From an uncultured Armatimonadia bacterium (GTDB lineage Bacteria > Armatimonadota > Zipacnadia > Zipacnadales > UBA11051), in NCBI GenBank assembly GCA_964549395.1, contig CAZJVY010000009.1:23-64022 (forward strand): 64,000 nt of DNA. The letters run 5' to 3'. The position numbers and the translations under genes were made by a program. The notes under the pieces were generated by a model that had not been told where the DNA came from, made no database searches, and saw nothing but the letters and a program-made list of their open reading frames with translations. Positions 59,349 through 64,000 of the stretch are shown here, piece by piece (position 1 is the stretch's first letter; every line of letters starts with the position of its first letter).

Positions 59349-61205
59349 CTACTCGGCCGCGCGGGTCGGCTTGATGGCCTCCATCCACCACTGCAGGCGA
59401 GGGCGCAGGAAGACCGCCGCCCGGCTTTGCGCCCACAGAAGCTCGTGCGTGAAGCTGGTGAAGGTCGCGCTCTGCTCCATGCGGATCTGAACTGCCTGGA
59501 CAAGCTCATCGGTGACCTGCCAGCCGTTGTCCATGCCGGCTTCCGCCAGCATCAGCAGGATATCCGCAGCTTCCGAGAGATGAGCGAGGTATTCGGGCCG
59601 CTCCGGTGCCAGGCGGCGGAAGATGTCAGCCGCCGCGTGCAGTTTGGCGATGTCATAGCCGGTCTGCCGGCTGGCCCACCACTCGTCAAGCAGGTTCAGC
59701 CCCTCCACGTACTCATCGCCCACGCCGAGGAAGGCGGCAAGCTGGTGCAACGCCTGGTCGCGGCTGATGTCCGGGTAGAGCTGCCTGCGGAAGAACAGCC
59801 AGTCGGAGTGGAACTGGGTAAAGGGAGTGAGGCGGTAGCTGAGCAGACCGAGGCCGAGCCCGGCGGCCTTGTCCACAGCCGCCTCGATCTGGTCGAACAT
59901 GGTGCGCGGAAGGATGTTGTGGCCCTCATTGCCGCCTTCGGGGTCCATGAAGAAGGCGAAGCTGAGCACGTCCAGGCCGCGCTCGCGGGCGACGCGGATG
60001 CTCTCCTCGTCGCGGTCATAGACAAGCGTCCAGTCGCCCGGCGTCATGCTGCCGAAGATGTCTTCGCGGATGTTGGGCGTCACGGGTATGGAAAGGCGAT
60101 TGTCTTCGCCGGCCATCCACCAGATCCACCAGGGGCAGTGATGGACCTGGGCGCGGCCGCCTGCGAGCCCCTCGTAGGTCCGCATCATTTCCTGCATTAC
60201 GGGCGTATAGTTGGCGCATTGCGGGCAGACGCAGAGGCCGGGATCGGCATACCAGATGATGTAGCCGTCGGCAGCGCCGCTGAAATAGTCCATGATGTGG
60301 CCGGCGAAGTGCAGGATCTGCTCCTTGCCGCGGCTCCAGCAAAGCTCGATGCCCCGGTAACCGACCTCTTCGGCGCGTTTGTCGGGATGGGCCAGCCACA
60401 CGGAGGGCGGCACGCCGTTGGAGGCAATGCCGACGTGCGTCTCGATGTTGAGAGTGTGAGCGTATTCCAGGGCCTGCCTGTACACCTCAAAGCGCCACCG
60501 GTTGCGGTAGGTGTCGGGATAGTCGGGGTGGTAGTAGAGGGTGGGCCAGATGAAGATCTTGAGCATGTTAGCGCCGGCGCTCTGGATGAGGTCGAGATAG
60601 AGCTTCCATTCATCGAGGGTCCAGGTGTCGGCGGTCAGATGCGTGTCTTTCCAGTCAATGGGGTGGAGGTAGATGCAGCGATGCCGAAAGGGTGTGGCCT
60701 CGGCGGCGAAATCGAGGATCATGTCATAGTGGGTCTCCCGGCGGGTATAGCCGACAATGCGGTAGCCGGCCTTGCTGTAGAGGTGCAGGGCGCGGTGATT
60801 GGGCTTGTCCACGCAGAGCCATAGGCCGGGCTTGCCGTTGCGGCGGGCCTCGGCGATGAGAGCGTCCATGAGTATCTGCCCGAGGCCCTGGCCGTGGTAG
60901 TCGTCAATGATGCCGCAGCCGACGTGTGAAAACTCGTACTCCGGCTGATCTTCATAGTAGAAATACCCCGCCAGAAAGCCGTCGGCAGTGTCTGCGAAGG
61001 CACCGAGGCGGACGGTGTCGGTGCGGTCGGAGGTGTCCACGATCATGCGGGCGTGCTCTTCATCGAAGGGGTGCGGGCAGAAGAATTTGCGGCTCTGTTC
61101 GCCCAGCCCCGCGAAGTAGGTAAGCACCCGCTCGTAGTCGTCCTTCTCGATGTGCCTGACGATGACGTTGCGGCCGTCGCGGAGTGTGAACCGTGTCGGG
61201 TCCAT
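59349..61205 (-). CDS. GNAT acetyltransferase fused to glycoside-hydrolase-like TIM-barrel domain
   Basis: N-terminal YHGQGLG and N..A..LY...G motifs; C-terminal WTLDEWK.YLD..Q..G.N barrel start and DPG.C.C..C. Confidence 0.7.
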   Translation of the reverse strand: MDPTRFTLRDGRNVIVRHIEKDDYERVLTYFAGLGEQSRKFFCPHPFDEEHARMIVDTSDRTDTVRLGAFADTADGFLAGYFYYEDQPEYEFSHVGCGIIDDYHGQGLGQILMDALIAEARRNGKPGLWLCVDKPNHRALHLYSKAGYRIVGYTRRETHYDMILDFAAEATPFRHRCIYLHPIDWKDTHLTADTWTLDEWKLYLDLIQSAGANMLKIFIWPTLYYHPDYPDTYRNRWRFEVYRQALEYAHTLNIETHVGIASNGVPPSVWLAHPDKRAEEVGYRGIELCWSRGKEQILHFAGHIMDYFSGAADGYIIWYADPGLCVCPQCANYTPVMQEMMRTYEGLAGGRAQVHHCPWWIWWMAGEDNRLSIPVTPNIREDIFGSMTPGDWTLVYDRDEESIRVARERGLDVLSFAFFMDPEGGNEGHNILPRTMFDQIEAAVDKAAGLGLGLLSYRLTPFTQFHSDWLFFRRQLYPDISRDQALHQLAAFLGVGDEYVEGLNLLDEWWASRQTGYDIAKLHAAADIFRRLAPERPEYLAHLSEAADILLMLAEAGMDNGWQVTDELVQAVQIRMEQSATFTSFTHELLWAQSRAAVFLRPRLQWWMEAIKPTRAAE

Positions 61206-61238
61206 CAGTCGCTGCCTCCGGAATGTGTGTGGTTCATG

Positions 61239-64000
61239 CTATCCGATGACCCAGATGCGCGCGGGGCCGGGCAGGCCGGCCGGGCGATTGGCTTTCGCAT
61301 ACAGATTGGCCAGAGTTCCGGCCACTTCAACCACGATGTCGTTTTTTCCTGGTTGGAGGCAGTCGGTGATGTCAACTTCGTATGGCTCCCAGAGGCGCAC
61401 GGCGACTTCGGCACCGTTGACCAGCGTGCGGGCGCAGTCGCGGACCTGCCCGACATCGAGAATGAGCCGCTGCTTGCCGTCAAGGTGCTCCTGCAGGACC
61501 TCGACGCGCTTGGTGTGCACGCCGATGCCGGGGAAGTGAGGGTATCCCTGAGCCGAGAAGTAGCCGTCCACATGGCGGGCCCGGGGGACCAGGCGGCCGC
61601 TGCTGTCGGCGAAGTCTCCCACCAGATAGGCGGGGAAGGCGAGCGCCTGGAACGGTTCCAGGAGCGAGAAGACGCATATCTGCAGCTCGTTGGTTCCCGG
61701 TTGAATGAGGTCGGAGATGTCGGCGGCCGTGAAGTAGCGGTCCTGCCACTGTGAGGGCACCAGCGGCGGTGCCTGCCGTCCATTGACATAGATTTCCAAA
61801 TCGCGCCTGCCGCTGAGGAAGCCGACATGCGCGGGCAGCGATTGGTGCAGCTCATCAAGTACCAGTTGCACATTGCCGAGCTGACCGTCCACCTCGAAGC
61901 TGGTGACATAGCTGTTGGCGCGGCCGGGAGTGTCGCGGAGATTGTGCCTCTCGCCTGCCGTGAGGTCATGAGCGATGAACTGGAAGCGGTCGAGTATGGC
62001 GACATTGCCGCCCCGGGCCTCGAAGCGCCAGCGCGGGCCCAGGTCAATCTCGGCGACGACCTGGGGCGCTACGGTGCCCTCGACGGTGATGGTCTCCGTG
62101 GCGCGCTGAGTATCCAGCACGAAGAGGCGGGCCTCGCCAGGCTCGATCTCCAACGGCCAGGATGTTGTCCCATCGCCGGAAACAGCCTCGGCAGGCTGCA
62201 TTTCGGCGGCCTCAAGGTCCCATTCTTCCAGGGCGCCGGTCAGAGGCACCGTAATGGTCGCCTCCTGCCTGCGCTCGCCACGGTTGACAAGCACGTAAAG
62301 CTCGAGACTGCCCGCGTGGCGATGGGTGCAGATGATGTCCGCGTGGCCGGCCTGCTCTTCCGCCTCGATGGTGATATCGGGGCTGATGAGGCCGCGGACC
62401 GTCTGCGCGAGCCATTCCCTGGTGGGAGCCGCCTCCGCGTACCAGACCGCCTTGCCGCCGGCGTCGTTGCTGACCTGCAGCTCATCCTGCCATTCGGGGT
62501 CGGATGTCTCGCCATCCGGCATGGGTTCGAACATGTCGGCCTCGGGAGCAGCGCCGAAGATGCCCGAGATGACCTCGCGGAGGGCGGTATCCTCGTTGCG
62601 CTGGAGGGCCTGGGCGGGTAGTTCTCCAAAAAAGAGGACCTTGCCGCCCGCCTCGTAGAAAGCGGCGATCTTGCGCGTTGCGGCCAGCGACGTGACGCGG
62701 CACCCGGGGACGATCAGCAGCGGATACTGCTCCTGCGAGGTGGGGAACGTCAGGGCATCGCCCTTGATGAGAGCGACTTCGAGGTGATTCGTGCTGACGT
62801 AGTCGTAGTCACAGTGAATGCGCAGGAGCTCGTCAGATAGCAAAGACAGGATGCGCTCGCAGGGCGTCTGCTGCTGGAACTCGGCCTGCTGCCAGGAGTC
62901 CACCTGGACGGTTTCGGTGGGCAGAACGACAAGGGCATCGCAGACGTGATGTCCTGTGGCCTGGATGAGGCAGAGGCGGGCGGCATAGTCGGCGAAGCTG
63001 CGATACCATTCCCAGTAGCCGTTATGGTAGAATTCGGTGGGCGGCCAGTCGCTCTTGCGGTGGCCGGCGAACGAGTAGTAGAAGGCGTGGGGTATGAGCA
63101 TGTTGCAGCCCATGGCGCAGATGAAGTTGAGGTCTGCGCGCTGGTCGGCCAGAGTGGTGTGATGGCCGCTGCCGCCGAACGCCTCGCACATGACCCGCTG
63201 CTTGCCGTCAATATGCGCCGCCGAAGAGGCGCACTTCGCGGCCAGGATGCGGCCGGCGTTGACACCGTGCCCGAGGTAATCAAAGCCGGGGCGGTCGAGT
63301 TGCGCCAGGACGGTCAACTGGTCACCCTGGGTGCGAACCTGCCGCGACAGGGGGTCTTCCAGCGTGTGGCCGATGTACTCAAGCTCCCGTTGGCGGCACC
63401 AGTCGCCGAGCTGGCAGTGGTAGTGGGCCGCATACCAGGTGGTGAGGGCGCGGAAGTAGTCATTGCGCACCTTCTGGGTCTCGTCACCCAGGTCCCACAG
63501 CAGGTGCATCAGCTTCGGCTTGAGCTCGTAGCCGAGCAGCGTCCGGAAGTCGTCCAGCATGTTGCGCGTCCAGGCCAGCATGACGCCGGGGAGCTTGCGG
63601 TCCGGGTCCTGCACGGTCGCGTACATGGGGGCCGGGCTGATGAAGCCATCGTGAATCATCAGCCCCGGCTCATCGGTGAAGACGCCCTTGACGGTCGCGC
63701 CGAAGTCGTCTTTGAACCGCTCGTGGGGCTCGTAGGCAAGGCTGCGGAAGGCCCGCACCGCCTCGTCATTCATGGTATCCAGGTAGGAGCCATCGAAGAA
63801 CGTGACCTTGTCGGGGACGGGGAACTCCCAGAACACGGCGACGAACCAGTGGCCAGGCGGTGCTTCCCAGCGGAAGCGGCCATCGGCAAAGCAGTCGGTC
63901 AGGTCCCGCGTCTCACCGACGAACTCCAGGATATCGGGGGACTCGGCGGACTCGGGCGTGATGCGCAGAGCCTGTACGCAGACGATGCCGCCGCCGTAGT
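61239..64000 (-). CDS. Glycoside hydrolase, GH106 alpha-L-rhamnosidase-like with GH2-type sugar-binding tail (5' end off window)
   Basis: Frame open to the edge (WEAPPGHW); FTDEP, SSAAH..GK..V.CEAFG, HAFYYS, C-terminal LD.G.V..VNG..W.PY..DIT..L.PG.N. Confidence 0.78.
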   Translation of the reverse strand, partial: YGGGIVCVQALRITPESAESPDILEFVGETRDLTDCFADGRFRWEAPPGHWFVAVFWEFPVPDKVTFFDGSYLDTMNDEAVRAFRSLAYEPHERFKDDFGATVKGVFTDEPGLMIHDGFISPAPMYATVQDPDRKLPGVMLAWTRNMLDDFRTLLGYELKPKLMHLLWDLGDETQKVRNDYFRALTTWYAAHYHCQLGDWCRQRELEYIGHTLEDPLSRQVRTQGDQLTVLAQLDRPGFDYLGHGVNAGRILAAKCASSAAHIDGKQRVMCEAFGGSGHHTTLADQRADLNFICAMGCNMLIPHAFYYSFAGHRKSDWPPTEFYHNGYWEWYRSFADYAARLCLIQATGHHVCDALVVLPTETVQVDSWQQAEFQQQTPCERILSLLSDELLRIHCDYDYVSTNHLEVALIKGDALTFPTSQEQYPLLIVPGCRVTSLAATRKIAAFYEAGGKVLFFGELPAQALQRNEDTALREVISGIFGAAPEADMFEPMPDGETSDPEWQDELQVSNDAGGKAVWYAEAAPTREWLAQTVRGLISPDITIEAEEQAGHADIICTHRHAGSLELYVLVNRGERRQEATITVPLTGALEEWDLEAAEMQPAEAVSGDGTTSWPLEIEPGEARLFVLDTQRATETITVEGTVAPQVVAEIDLGPRWRFEARGGNVAILDRFQFIAHDLTAGERHNLRDTPGRANSYVTSFEVDGQLGNVQLVLDELHQSLPAHVGFLSGRRDLEIYVNGRQAPPLVPSQWQDRYFTAADISDLIQPGTNELQICVFSLLEPFQALAFPAYLVGDFADSSGRLVPRARHVDGYFSAQGYPHFPGIGVHTKRVEVLQEHLDGKQRLILDVGQVRDCARTLVNGAEVAVRLWEPYEVDITDCLQPGKNDIVVEVAGTLANLYAKANRPAGLPGPARIWVIG

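Overview
GC-rich bacterial chromosome segment. It is probably from a diderm, Armatimonadota-like organism; this is an inference from YjbH-like barrels, expanded sugar-isomerase/amidohydrolase/UROD families and a TPI indel. The window appears to span the replication origin: hand-counted GC skew flips near 48 kb, where an AT-rich region with DnaA-box-like sites precedes dnaA. This dnaA lacks its usual rpmH and dnaN neighbours. The left part is mostly housekeeping: polX, recO, deoC, dtd, pcrA, pyrG, guaA, hisHF, gap-pgk-tpiA, yvcK and yggS-sepF-proC-yggT, plus a nucleotide-sugar operon and three tandem amidohydrolases. The right part is a carbohydrate-catabolism locus. No rRNA, tRNA, CRISPR array or transposase was seen. 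The most striking unexplained structure is a family of modular REP-like palindrome mosaics in the intergenic spaces; they show compensatory base changes, nested hairpins and an apparent orientation flip at the origin. Several odd proteins also stand out: a catalytically dead TrpC, GAPDH with a CCCC tail, a single-chain tandem PurS, MFS-HEAT and GNAT-glycosidase-like fusions, and a plant-type glucuronokinase motif.
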